Positions 10,432 through 19,575 of a stretch of DNA of 64,000 nucleotides are shown piece after piece (position 1 is the first letter of the stretch; every line of letters begins with the position of its first letter). The stretch comes from a virus, in IMG/VR virus record IMGVR_UViG_3300050147_000032; one strand, given 5' to 3'. A program made the translations under genes and the position numbers. The notes beneath the pieces are model-generated. The model was not told the DNA's origin. It searched no databases and was given only the letters and a program-made list of their open reading frames with translations.

Positions 10432-11289
10432 ATGGATTTGAAATTTGGAGAAGTTCTTCGTATTGAGCATGAAGAGAATTTAGTCGGGAAAGATTACATT
10501 GTAGGAGATCTACATGGATCTGTTCATCTTCTGGAAAAGTTCATGAAAGAAGTTAGTTTTGATAAAGAAAAAGATCGTATGTTCTCTGTCGGAGATCTTG
10601 TCGATCGAGGCATCGATTCATTTGGGACACTGAAACTTATTCGAGAAAAGTGGTTTTTTCCTGTTCTAGGGAATCATGAACAAATGTTCTATTCATATGT
10701 GAAAAACAATCCAGATGGATATGGATATTCATTCTTGAACAATGGTGGTGATTGGATTCAACGATATGCTCATACAGATGACATGATGGAAATTCGAGAT
10801 TTGGCTGATGAACTCATAAGCCTTCCTCGTGTAAGAACTATCAAGGGTAAGAACAAAATTCATATTGTTCACGCAGAATTCAATGTCACGACTGGTATTG
10901 GTTTGACCGATGAAAACATCGAGAATGATGAAACGCTTAATCAACTCTGTAGAATTGCTAGATCAGATGGCGAAGATTTCTCTTTTTGGGGACGCAGTCT
11001 ATTCTATGACTTCTATGGGACAGATCCAAAGACGTGTAAAGTTTCCAAAGAAAAGTTCGATCGATACAATTCCGATGATCTTTCTTTGATCGTATCCGGT
11101 CACACTATCATGAACACTCCTGTGAAGATTGGCAAGTGTTTGAACATCGATACAGGAGCATTCAACAAATACAGAAGCTTGACCATTTATTCTGTAAAAT
11201 CAAAAGATCTGTTCAGCATCAATTTCGAAGATGTAACACAACAAATCGAACCTTTCGTTGTAATCCCAACAGAAGGAAATAAATCATGA
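10432..11289 (+). CDS. Ser/Thr protein phosphatase-like metallophosphoesterase
   Basis: GDLHG, GDLVDRG, LGNHE, VHAE, SGHT, IDTGA. Confidence 0.9.
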   Translation: MDLKFGEVLRIEHEENLVGKDYIVGDLHGSVHLLEKFMKEVSFDKEKDRMFSVGDLVDRGIDSFGTLKLIREKWFFPVLGNHEQMFYSYVKNNPDGYGYSFLNNGGDWIQRYAHTDDMMEIRDLADELISLPRVRTIKGKNKIHIVHAEFNVTTGIGLTDENIENDETLNQLCRIARSDGEDFSFWGRSLFYDFYGTDPKTCKVSKEKFDRYNSDDLSLIVSGHTIMNTPVKIGKCLNIDTGAFNKYRSLTIYSVKSKDLFSINFEDVTQQIEPFVVIPTEGNKS

Positions 11290-11478
11290 AATGTGTATGT
11301 GGATATGACGATTCGAAGGTAGAATACAAAGAGGATTGTCACGGATTTACCGTTGCTTCTGATCTTCTGCCATTTCAGATAGTCGAAGTAAAGATGGAGT
11401 ACAGTATTGGATGGAAATATTGGCAAGAAGTTTACCTTTGTCCTAAATGCGGAACATTAAAAATTGATAAGGAATAAC

Positions 11479-12420
11479 ATGAGTTTGATTGAAGATAGCA
11501 CAGAATATTTGTTTGTTGAAAAGTACCGTCCATCTGATATCAAGGATATCATCATGCCAGATCGGCTTCGTGATGAATGTACTTCGTATGTGAAGAATGG
11601 ACAGATTCCACATTTGCTCTTGACTGGTTCGGCCGGGATTGGGAAGACAACAGTTGCTAAAGCATTGGCAAAGATGCTCGATGCTGATCTGCTTTACATC
11701 AATGCATCGAATGAAAATGGCGTTGATACGATTCGAACGAAAGTATCGCAGTTTGCATCGACAGCTTCGATGGAAGGTAATTTGAAGATTGTTATGCTGG
11801 ATGAAGCAGATGGTATTTCGGATGCTGGGCAGAAAGCTCTGCGTGGTTTTATTGAAGAATTTAGCCAGAACACGCGATTTGTATTCACTGCAAACTTTAA
11901 GAATAAGATCATCGATGCTATTCAATCTCGATGTATTGCTATTGATTTCAGCACAACGAATGAAGAAAAGCAAGAGCTTACCATGAAAGCATGGAAGCGT
12001 TGCATGGAAATTCTGAAAGAAGAGAACATCGAATTTGACAAGAAAGCAGTTGCTACTATTGTTGCTCGATTCTTCCCTGATATGCGACGTGTCTTGAATG
12101 CTTTGCAAAAAGCAGGTGCTCGTGGAAATATCACTTCGGAATCTTTGGATGCTGCTATCCCAACGAATGCTCTTTATGAAGCTATGAAGAACAAGAAGTT
12201 CGGTGAAGTTCGAAAATGGGTTGCTCAGAATTCTGGAGATTACCAAGCAGTCTTCCGTGATATCTACGATCGTCTCCTGGATCTATTTGTTGGGCAATCT
12301 ATTCCTCAGATCGTTCTCCTTCTTGATACATATCAAGATCGAGTGACGCGAACAGCAGATGCTGAGATCACATTGATGGCTTGTATGACAGAAATCATGG
12401 CTACGGCTGAATGGAAGTGA
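11479..12420 (+). CDS. gp44: Clamp loader large subunit (T4 gp44)
   Basis: VEKYRP, GSAGIGKTT, INASNE, MLDEADG, QSRC, FPDMRR. Start moved to the ATG at 11479. Confidence 0.96.
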   Translation: MSLIEDSTEYLFVEKYRPSDIKDIIMPDRLRDECTSYVKNGQIPHLLLTGSAGIGKTTVAKALAKMLDADLLYINASNENGVDTIRTKVSQFASTASMEGNLKIVMLDEADGISDAGQKALRGFIEEFSQNTRFVFTANFKNKIIDAIQSRCIAIDFSTTNEEKQELTMKAWKRCMEILKEENIEFDKKAVATIVARFFPDMRRVLNALQKAGARGNITSESLDAAIPTNALYEAMKNKKFGEVRKWVAQNSGDYQAVFRDIYDRLLDLFVGQSIPQIVLLLDTYQDRVTRTADAEITLMACMTEIMATAEWK

Positions 12421-12423
12421 AAT

Positions 12424-12933
12424 ATGTACGATCCAAATGAATCATTTCAAATTTTGTCGATCATGCATTTGGATCGTACATTTGATCCATCTGTGATGAA
12501 TGTGATGCATTTCACAGAAACATTGAATAAATGTGGAAACTGGATTCATTCGTATGAATCAGATAATAAAACAGGTGTATCGTGCGTTCCTTCGATTACG
12601 ATGATGTTCATGTTTGATAACGATGAATCAAAGAGTCTCTACTCTTTTGTTATCACTCAGCCAAAAAGTTATTTTGAAAAGAAAGATGTAACATCTTTGG
12701 ATTTTAAATTCTTGGCTAACAACATTCATGTTCTGCTTTCGATGCTAGCTGAAGATAATGATGACGAAGGTCTCTATGATATCTTCGAATGGTTTGAAAA
12801 TAGTGCTCATGAATTCATGGGAAATGAATCTTATGTGCACTACATCATAAACGATGGTATACTAGAACCAGCATACATTCAAATGCCATATTGGATGACT
12901 AAGGAAGAAGCAGAGGCAAGCAGTGGAAGTTAA
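12424..12933 (+). CDS. Hypothetical protein inserted between the clamp loader genes
   Basis: 169-aa ORF abutting gp44 and overlapping gp62. Confidence 0.65.
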   Translation: MYDPNESFQILSIMHLDRTFDPSVMNVMHFTETLNKCGNWIHSYESDNKTGVSCVPSITMMFMFDNDESKSLYSFVITQPKSYFEKKDVTSLDFKFLANNIHVLLSMLAEDNDDEGLYDIFEWFENSAHEFMGNESYVHYIINDGILEPAYIQMPYWMTKEEAEASSGS

Positions 12934-13324
12934 ATCATTCTTTGACATAGCAAATAACATCAATTCTTCGTTCGAGCTTTTAACACAGCAACAAATCGAA
13001 GAAGTAAGTAATGCTTTCATGTTGAATAGAGCAATGTCAAATAATTTTGATACAGTCTTCTATTCAGATGAAGCAAATGGATTCAAGTACGTTGATCTGT
13101 ATTCGCAATATCTTTTCTACTTCTACTCTGTTAACAAGAAGAAGAGATATGGCAAGTGGGAAAAGAAGCAGGAAAAGACAGATCAGCTGCTGGATGTAAT
13201 GAAGTTCTACAATGTATCTGAAAAGAAAGCATTGGAGTACATTGAAATTCTTTCTGAAGAACAGCTTCAGAAAATTAAAGATTCTTTGTCAACAGGCGGC
13301 AAAGTAGGAAAGGCAAAGAAGTAG
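12923..13324 (+). CDS. gp62: Clamp loader small subunit (T4 gp62)
   Basis: FMLNRAMS, KKRYGKWEK, YNVSEKKALEYIEILS; sits between gp44 and regA. Confidence 0.85.
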   Translation: MEVKSFFDIANNINSSFELLTQQQIEEVSNAFMLNRAMSNNFDTVFYSDEANGFKYVDLYSQYLFYFYSVNKKKRYGKWEKKQEKTDQLLDVMKFYNVSEKKALEYIEILSEEQLQKIKDSLSTGGKVGKAKK

Positions 13325-13364
13325 GGCCTGATTTTTGTTTTGTAAAATAATAAGGAAGTACATC

Positions 13365-13838
13365 ATGACAGATAACACAATCATAGCATCTCCAGAATCG
13401 GTTCTTTATGACTGGAGCTTGGATAAGATGCTAGAAATAGATTTTAAAGGAGACGAAGAAGCCTTTCCTAAGATTCGAGAAACTTTGACTCGTATTGGGA
13501 TTCCTTCTAAGGGATCCAAGACATTGACACAGACATGTAACATTCTTCAGAAAGCTGGGAAGTATTACATCATTCATTTCAAAGAAATCTATTACTTGAA
13601 TAAGAAGCCATCTACGCTTACAATTGGTGATGTTGCTCGTCGAAATCGTATTGCTAATCTCTTGGAAGCATGGGGACTTTGCAAGATTGTGGATCCGTCA
13701 AAATATCAGAACATGGCTCCTATGGCTGATTTGAAGATTGTTCGGTCATCAGAGAAGAAAGATTGGGTGCTGGAATCTAAGCAGCAATTAGGAAACAAGT
13801 CACATCAAACGAAGGTAAATCATGCACCACGAATCTGA
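13365..13838 (+). CDS. regA: Translational repressor RegA
   Basis: FPKIRETLTRIGI, LTQTCNILQKAGKYYIIHFKE, RRNRIANLLEAWGL. Confidence 0.95.
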   Translation: MTDNTIIASPESVLYDWSLDKMLEIDFKGDEEAFPKIRETLTRIGIPSKGSKTLTQTCNILQKAGKYYIIHFKEIYYLNKKPSTLTIGDVARRNRIANLLEAWGLCKIVDPSKYQNMAPMADLKIVRSSEKKDWVLESKQQLGNKSHQTKVNHAPRI

Positions 13839-14605
13839 TATCAAATGGGTGCTTTCTTGCAAACAAGATGAAGTAAGAGAGATCTATATCAATTTGATCA
13901 CATTAAAATTTTGTCGAAGAATTAAGAAAAAGAGCTTTACATCCGATAAAAAATCTGTATAATTTGATTTTGTTAATAACTTTAGGAGATAGACATGCTG
14001 ACATATCGTTACATCGAACCGATCTCAAAGAAAGACTTCAAGGAAGAAGTTGCTCCTATGATCACTATTTCTGCTCGTACTACTTTCATGTTGAAAGAAC
14101 TGCGAGAGCTTTTCAAGCAAGACGAGTCTCCTGAAGTTGGTTGTTCTTTTGACCCGAAGAAGGATTGATTATGCAGAAAATTTCTCAAGAAACTAGATAT
14201 GAAGTATCTTTGACTGAAATCAAAGAAATGTATGCTGGAAGATTGAATGTTGACGAGGCAAAGATTACATTGATTCCCCATTACACATATCCAGATTATG
14301 ATGGTCCAGGTGTTTCTCAAAGAGATTTTGCTGGTTTTACTATTATTGTGAAGGAGGATTAAGCATGGCAACTGTACGTGATCCTAAGAGTGGAATGAAA
14401 AAGTTGACTATTCCTAATAAGGTAGCAATTAATATTTCCGAGACTTATGACGTGAAATGGACTCGAACCGATCGAGGCAATCTTGCTTTTGACATGCTAG
14501 AAGGCATTACAATCAAAGTTGGAATTATCACAGAATATGAACTATGCATCAATAAAGATGATTTAATTGTGATGGATTGAGCTTTACATCTGACAAGAAG
14601 ATTGT

Positions 14606-14632
14606 TATAATTGATTTATTGAAACTTAGGAG
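14606..14632 (+). promoter_or_regulatory. Repeated -10/leader/RBS cassette TATAATTGATTTATTGAAACTTAGGAG
   Basis: TTTACA-17-TATAAT; the same cassette recurs at 16544-16570 and, with one change, at 18048-18074. Confidence 0.8.
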
Positions 14633-14638
14633 TTTGTT

Positions 14639-15250
14639 ATGAACCATTTGACCAAAGATCATCTTCAGAGGATTAAATCTATTATGAGTTCCGAGTTGAC
14701 ATCTTTGTATGACGACAAGATTGATACAAAAACTACACGAAAACATTTCTATGGATTAGCAGACAAAGCTCATTCAGAAGAAACAAAATACTTTTATCTG
14801 ACAGCAAAGAGACTTTCTAATCGTCTGGGTGCTTTGAATCGGAAGATTTCAAAACTTGAAAGGACGATGCAAGCTCTGAATGATGAGTTGCATCAATCGC
14901 CGAGTTCTGGTAACTTTGTCGATTATGTTATTTCTGCATCATTTAAGATCGACAATTCTGAGATTGATGTTGAAGATGGTCTTGATCTCTTTAATCTTCC
15001 TAATTTGACAGGTTCAGTTGAATCTCGAGTAAAACAAATCATTGCTATGTATCTTGGTGTTGATACGAACAATATGAACGAATCAAATCGAATTATTGAA
15101 GATCTATACGCAGATTCTTTGGATGTTGTTGAGATCGTTATGGCGATTGAAGATGAATTTGGTATCGAAGTTAACGATACAGAAGTTAAAGAACAAGTAC
15201 GGACTGTTCAAGATGCGATTAATTTCGTTCATCGTTATTTGAACATGTAA
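14639..15250 (+). CDS. Coiled-coil protein with C-terminal acyl carrier protein domain
   Basis: C-terminus VKQIIAMYLGV...DLYADSLDVVEIVMAIEDEFGIEV...VRTVQDAINFV is ACP-like with the DSL serine intact. Confidence 0.85.
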   Translation: MNHLTKDHLQRIKSIMSSELTSLYDDKIDTKTTRKHFYGLADKAHSEETKYFYLTAKRLSNRLGALNRKISKLERTMQALNDELHQSPSSGNFVDYVISASFKIDNSEIDVEDGLDLFNLPNLTGSVESRVKQIIAMYLGVDTNNMNESNRIIEDLYADSLDVVEIVMAIEDEFGIEVNDTEVKEQVRTVQDAINFVHRYLNM

Positions 15251-15259
15251 GTACGAAAT

Positions 15260-15349
15260 GGAAGCGTGGCCGAGTGGTTTAAGGCTCTGGTCTTGAAAAC
15301 CAGCGTTCTCGAAAGAGGACCGTGAGTTCGAATCTCACCGCTTCCTCCA
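15260..15349 (+). tRNA. tRNA-Ser(UGA)
   Basis: GGAAGCG/CGCTTCC acceptor, loop CTTGAAA, long variable arm, CCA. Confidence 0.95.
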
Positions 15350-15355
15350 GAATGT

Positions 15356-15431
15356 TGGGGATTAGCTCAGTTGGTAGAGCAGTAGATTTTGATTCTACGT
15401 GTCATTGGTTCGAATCCAATATCCCTTGCCA
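15356..15431 (+). tRNA. tRNA-Gln(UUG)
   Basis: GTAGA-TTTTGAT-TCTAC anticodon arm, TTCGAAT T-loop, G73, CCA. Confidence 0.95.
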
Positions 15432-15436
15432 ATAAT

Positions 15437-15543
15437 GCGTCGTTAGCTCAGTTGGTAGAGCATCGGACTTACATCAAGTGCAGAGAAATACTGCACTTTA
15501 GTTAATCCGCAGGTCGCTGGTTCAAGTCCAGCACGACGCACCA
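15437..15543 (+). tRNA. tRNA-Lys(UUU)-like gene with a 31-nt insertion in the anticodon loop
   Basis: 107 nt minus 31 gives a canonical 76 nt. Body closely resembles enterobacterial tRNA-Lys. Removing 15471-15501 gives loop CT-TTT-AA. Confidence 0.8.
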
Positions 15544-15563
15544 ATTCAAAAAGAAAGATTATC

Positions 15564-15974
15564 ATGACAGAACTTGTTATCGTTCGTGGAATTCCTGGCT
15601 CTGGTAAGAGCACATATGCCAAGACTCTGGGCTATCTGAATTACGAAGCAGATCAATATTTTATTGATCCAGAAGGAAATTATCTTTTTGATGCAACTAA
15701 GCTTTATCAAGCTCATCGTTGGTGTCAGGAAAAGACTCGATCTGCTTTGAGCGATGGTCTTTCTGTTGTTGTGAGCAATACTTTCACAACTCGCAAAGAA
15801 ATGAAAGACTATCTTGAAATGGCGTATGAACTGCATATTCCGGTTCGCGTTGTCAAGGTTCTTGGGAATTTTCAGAATGTGCACGGTGTCCCAGAAGAAG
15901 CATTGGAACGTATGCGCAATCGTTGGCAAGACGTCGAAGGCGAATCAGTAGTCGACAATCGGATTATGATTTGA
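15564..15974 (+). CDS. P-loop kinase (polynucleotide-kinase-like, AAA_33 type)
   Basis: VIVRGIPGSGKST, EADQYF, VVVSNTF, NVHGVP. Confidence 0.85.
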   Translation: MTELVIVRGIPGSGKSTYAKTLGYLNYEADQYFIDPEGNYLFDATKLYQAHRWCQEKTRSALSDGLSVVVSNTFTTRKEMKDYLEMAYELHIPVRVVKVLGNFQNVHGVPEEALERMRNRWQDVEGESVVDNRIMI

Positions 15975-15975
15975 T

Positions 15976-16548
15976 ATGGCAAATATTTTCTTAATTTCAG
16001 ATCAACATTTTGGTCACAAGAATATCTTAAATTTCAAGCGTCGAGATGGGATCACGCCACTACGTTTGTTTGATTCGTCCGAAGAAATGGATGAACACAT
16101 GGTAGATTGTCATAATAAGGTCGTGAAGCCAAATGACAAAATCTACATGCTTGGTGATCTTGCGATGAACAAGAAATTTCTTCCTATTCTGGATCGTTTG
16201 AATGGTGAAAAGATTTTGATCAAAGGAAATCATGATCAAGATTCTTTGGCTGTATATGCAAAGTATTTCAAAGATGTTCGAGCATCACATCAACTTGCTG
16301 GTCATATCTTGACTCACATCCCAATTCATTCAAATTCTCTGAGTCGTTGGAAGAAGAATCTACATGGCCATCTACATGCAGATGTCGTTGGTGATCTTGA
16401 TACAGATGGTATTTGGCAACCAGATCATCGGTATGTCTGTCTCTCTGTCGAGCATACCAATTATTTTCCGATTGCACTCGAAGACATTGATACGTTTGCT
16501 AATGAACAGCACGATAAGGCTATACTTTCAACAAAGACTGTTGTATAA
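15976..16548 (+). CDS. Calcineurin-like metallophosphoesterase
   Basis: ISDQHFGH, LGDL, KGNHD, THIP, LHGHLH. Confidence 0.88.
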   Translation: MANIFLISDQHFGHKNILNFKRRDGITPLRLFDSSEEMDEHMVDCHNKVVKPNDKIYMLGDLAMNKKFLPILDRLNGEKILIKGNHDQDSLAVYAKYFKDVRASHQLAGHILTHIPIHSNSLSRWKKNLHGHLHADVVGDLDTDGIWQPDHRYVCLSVEHTNYFPIALEDIDTFANEQHDKAILSTKTVV

Positions 16549-17188
16549 TTGATTTATTGAAACTTAGGAGATTGATATGAAGCGAGTTGATTTTAAGAAG
16601 CCTTTGGTTTGCTCTAATGATGCATATGAAGTAATCGCCGTGTTGAATGTGAATTATTCAAATAGCATGTTTAAGCATTGTTGCCACATCAGGGATACGC
16701 GATCTGGCGAAGAGTTTACTCCATCTGTGAATGTATATGGAGAGATTTCGTCTGGTACTCCTCTTCATGGCGCGTTTGCAATTTGCAATCCAGAACCTGT
16801 TGTTATCAAGAAAATTTATACGCCTGTGTTGGCAAGTGGGTATGCCGCACCTTTCTGCTATGGTTCTTTTGAAGAAGCTATTGCAGTTAATCTGGTGAGT
16901 GAAACGATTGCACTTTTGCTCAGTAAGTATTATGACAATGGGAATGTAACAGTTGAATTGATCACTGATTTGACTGTTGGTCAATAAACATGATACAGAT
17001 CTTCGTCTTCAACGAAGATGCTATAAAATCTATGTTTAGTCGTGAACTTGGATTTCCTATAGAAAATATCAAACTGATTCCTGTTTATGCATACCAAGAA
17101 GATTTAGTTGATTGTCCTCAAGCAGCTTTACGTGGTAGGCATTTCGTTGGATATCATGTAGAAGCAGAATCTTAATTTGATTCTTACA

Positions 17189-17277
17189 GGGCGGGTAGCC
17201 GAATTGGTCTAGGCATCAGACTTAAAATCTGACTGAAGGTAACTTCACTGTGGGTTCGAGTCCCATCCCGCCCACCA
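17189..17277 (+). tRNA. tRNA-Leu(UAA)
   Basis: GGGCGGG/CCCGCCC, TCAGA-CTTAAAA-TCTGA, long variable arm, CCA. Confidence 0.95.
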
Positions 17278-17293
17278 TTCAAAGGAAGAATAA

Positions 17294-17695
17294 ATGAACA
17301 GTTCCACTATAACAATCTCAGAAGCAGAAGTATACAGAAAAAGCATGGCTTGTCTGAAAATATTGCATGCAGAACGAGTAACGCTAAAAAGAGAATTCTT
17401 AGATCAAGGGATTGCTCTTATCGAATCCCTACGGAATAAACCAAATCGTAGTTTCTTTTATTCAAAACTTCCAGATTATACAACTGACGAAAATGTAAAG
17501 AAATGGATGTATAAGAATGACATGCACGAATGTGCATATTATTGGTGGCGCGAAGAGGAATCGTTTCGTAGATTGATAGGTGCTATATCAGATCTTCCTA
17601 GAGATTCGACGAAAACAATGCAGCTATCAACAGAAGACGCTAATTTATTGAATACATGGATGAAAAAGGATCACAATGACACATCTAAAAGTTGA
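17294..17695 (+). CDS. Hypothetical protein
   Basis: 133-aa ORF with RBS. Confidence 0.65.
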   Translation: MNSSTITISEAEVYRKSMACLKILHAERVTLKREFLDQGIALIESLRNKPNRSFFYSKLPDYTTDENVKKWMYKNDMHECAYYWWREEESFRRLIGAISDLPRDSTKTMQLSTEDANLLNTWMKKDHNDTSKS

Positions 17696-18044
17696 ATCGT
17701 CCGATCGATCGCTTACTTTGAAAATTGATATCTTCGATTTGATCCACGAGAATCTAGATCCAGATCAACATGTCGAATTCGTCGAATCTCTGTCTTGTTC
17801 TGATAAAGTAATCGATCATGTCATGGAACAGATCTTTGATGGATATACATATAACGGATTTCGTGGAAATTTGTCCAGTAATCCAACATCAACTTACACT
17901 GCGCTTGATCGAGCGCGTAATCGCATTATCCAGCTTGCTGATAAAGAAGCGCAGGATAAAATCAAAGAGTTGTCAGATGCATATGATAAGTTACAAATTC
18001 GGTACAATGATTTGACCGAAAAGATGTACAAAACGGTTTATTGA
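17676..18044 (+). CDS. Hypothetical protein
   Basis: 122-aa ORF overlapping the upstream gene. Confidence 0.65.
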   Translation: MTHLKVESSDRSLTLKIDIFDLIHENLDPDQHVEFVESLSCSDKVIDHVMEQIFDGYTYNGFRGNLSSNPTSTYTALDRARNRIIQLADKEAQDKIKELSDAYDKLQIRYNDLTEKMYKTVY

Positions 18045-18080
18045 TGTTATACTTGATTTATTGAAACTTAGGAGATCGAT

Positions 18081-18275
18081 ATGAAGAAGCTTTTTATTGT
18101 TTGCGCTGTAACTTTTGCTTTGACTGGTTGCGGTAAGTTTGCTCAGTTGACGGCTCATTACACTGGCCAAGCTTCTGAAACATGTCATGATGGTATTGTG
18201 TATTTGCAGTGGACATCTGGCGCTACTGTAAAGATCGATAGCCATACGATGTTGCCAGAAAAGTGCCCTAAGTAA
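18081..18275 (+). CDS. Small lipoprotein
   Basis: Signal peptide with lipobox LTGC. Confidence 0.7.
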   Translation: MKKLFIVCAVTFALTGCGKFAQLTAHYTGQASETCHDGIVYLQWTSGATVKIDSHTMLPEKCPK

Positions 18276-18282
18276 ATCATAT

Positions 18283-18361
18283 TCCGCAGAATCCGAGCAA
18301 GGTGCATGGACGGGACTGTTAATCCCTGGTTAGACTGGATCGTTGCCAGTGTGCGGAGCCA
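18283..18361 (+). tRNA. tRNA-Asn(GUU) with atypical T-loop
   Basis: GGGA-CTGTTAA-TCCC, G73, CCA; T-loop reads ATCGTTG. Confidence 0.85.
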
Positions 18362-18368
18362 TATTTTA

Positions 18369-18438
18369 CGTTCCTATTCCAATGGCAGGATGCTGGATTC
18401 CAAATCCATGCGGTCAGGGTTCGAGTCCTTGGGAACGT
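18369..18438 (+). tRNA. tRNA-Trp(CCA), CCA end not encoded
   Basis: CGTTCCT/GGGAACG, TGGA-TTCCAAA-TCCA, TTCGAGT T-loop. Confidence 0.88.
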
Positions 18439-18440
18439 GC

Positions 18441-18518
18441 GCAGATATAGCTCAGTTGGTTTAGAGCAACGTGTTGATAACGCGTAGGTCCTTGGTTCAA
18501 ATCCAAGTGTCTGCACCA
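18441..18518 (+). tRNA. tRNA-Ile(GAU)
   Basis: GCAGATA/TGTCTGC, loop TTGATAA, CCA. Confidence 0.95.
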
Positions 18519-18627
18519 AAATATAATTCATCTAGTGACTGATTGAAGCGGTCGTATATTGTTTGGCTGGATGCCTGAGGTTCGATTCCTTAAACAATTA
18601 CTTCAAACTAGATGAATTATATTTTGG
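18516..18627 (+). ncRNA. Long-stem-closed RNA containing a T-arm
   Basis: 21-bp perfect terminal inverted repeat CCAAAATATAATTCATCTAGT/ACTAGATGAATTATATTTTGG; inner TTGAAG/CTTCAA, TTGTTT/AAACAA and AGG-TTCGATT-CCT. Confidence 0.75.
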
Positions 18628-18633
18628 TTCGTT

Positions 18634-18719
18634 GGAGCTGCGGCGCAGTGGGAGAGGCGCGAAAGACTGTAAATCTTTTCCTTCTAGGTGAGTAGATTCG
18701 AATTCTACTAGCTCCACCA
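18634..18719 (+). tRNA. tRNA-Tyr(GUA)
   Basis: AAAGA-CTGTAAA-TCTTT, long variable arm, CCA. Confidence 0.93.
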
Positions 18720-18726
18720 ATTTATA

Positions 18727-18815
18727 GGAAAGTTGGCAGAGTGGATTAATGCAACTGTTTGCTAAACAGTCGTTGCCCTATTGGGCGACCAAAGGTTCGA
18801 ATCCTTTACTTTCCA
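18727..18815 (+). tRNA. tRNA-Ser(GCU)
   Basis: GGAAAGT/ACTTTCC, ACTGT-TTGCTAA-ACAGT, long variable arm; CCA incomplete. Confidence 0.93.
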
Positions 18816-19165
18816 CAGATTTATTACGATGGTGGTCTGCATCCTTGTTATGATTGATTTTTGATTTCTTTAGAAAATGCTTGACCTGACCTTTGATCTT
18901 CGTTATAATTGATACATACCGAAACACAACGTAACCGGAGATTATTATGGAACAATACAAGCATTTGAAGTTTGGCGATAAGTTGGTTCTGAAGTCTGTG
19001 GATGATATCCCAGAAGAAAATGTGATCTTTGTTGAAGATTATGTTGGCACGGGTTGCTTTATCGCAGAAGCAGTAGACGGCGAACGATTTGATGTTCCGT
19101 ACGCTCAAATCAAGGTTGTTGTCTACGAGGAATGAAATCGAAGAATAATGAAGAGTAAGTAGAAT

Positions 19166-19216
19166 TAGGATATCTTTCAGCAACCATTAAACTCTTTTAC
19201 AGTTAATGATATCCTG
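19166..19216 (+). ncRNA. AGGAT/CAGCAA element copy 1, displaying a Lys(UUU)-like anticodon loop
   Basis: AGGATAT/ATATCCT basal stem, CTTTCAGCAAC bulge, upper stem closed by the 7-nt loop CT-TTT-AC. Confidence 0.75.
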
Positions 19217-19237
19217 TTAAAATGTTGGTGATAGTGT

Positions 19238-19311
19238 CAGAGCGTAGGCTAGTTGGTCAAGTCACTCGCTTTGGAAGCGAGAGATCGCAGGTTCGAGTCC
19301 TGCCGCTCTGA
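19238..19311 (+). tRNA. tRNA-Pro(UGG), CCA not encoded
   Basis: CAGAGCG/CGCTCTG, CTCGC-TTTGGAA-GCGAG. Confidence 0.93.
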
Positions 19312-19320
19312 CACTATCGC

Positions 19321-19458
19321 CCATTATCAAAGAGTTCTTTGTCTAAAATGACGGTCGAGTCAGCCGATTAATACATTTCTCACAAATTGATCATGTGACG
19401 AGTGTTAGGAAATGATAGATAGAGGATAGACTCTTTATCGGGAACTCTTTGATAATGG
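19321..19458 (+). ncRNA. 138-nt long-stem-closed RNA
   Basis: 17-bp perfect terminal inverted repeat CCATTATCAAAGAGTTC/GAACTCTTTGATAATGG between tRNA genes. Confidence 0.65.
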
Positions 19459-19464
19459 AATTTA

Positions 19465-19564
19465 TCGTCGAGAATAGAACGCGAAGTGGGCAGCGACTAC
19501 CCGGGAGGGAGGTATAGTAAAGTTCGAATCTTTACCTATTCAGCATAGACGTATGCATCGACGA
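19465..19564 (+). ncRNA. tRNA-like RNA without a canonical anticodon arm
   Basis: TCGTCGA/TCGACGA outer stem, GAATAG/CTATTC acceptor-like stem, D-like arm CGC..GCG, T-arm GTAAAG-TTCGAAT-CTTTAC. Confidence 0.7.
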
Positions 19565-19575
19565 ATTAGTTTTGT

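Noticed and set aside
15471-15501. Group I intron or canonical BHB intron in the tRNA
   Set aside because: 31 nt is far too short for a group I core, and no convincing bulge-helix-bulge could be drawn.
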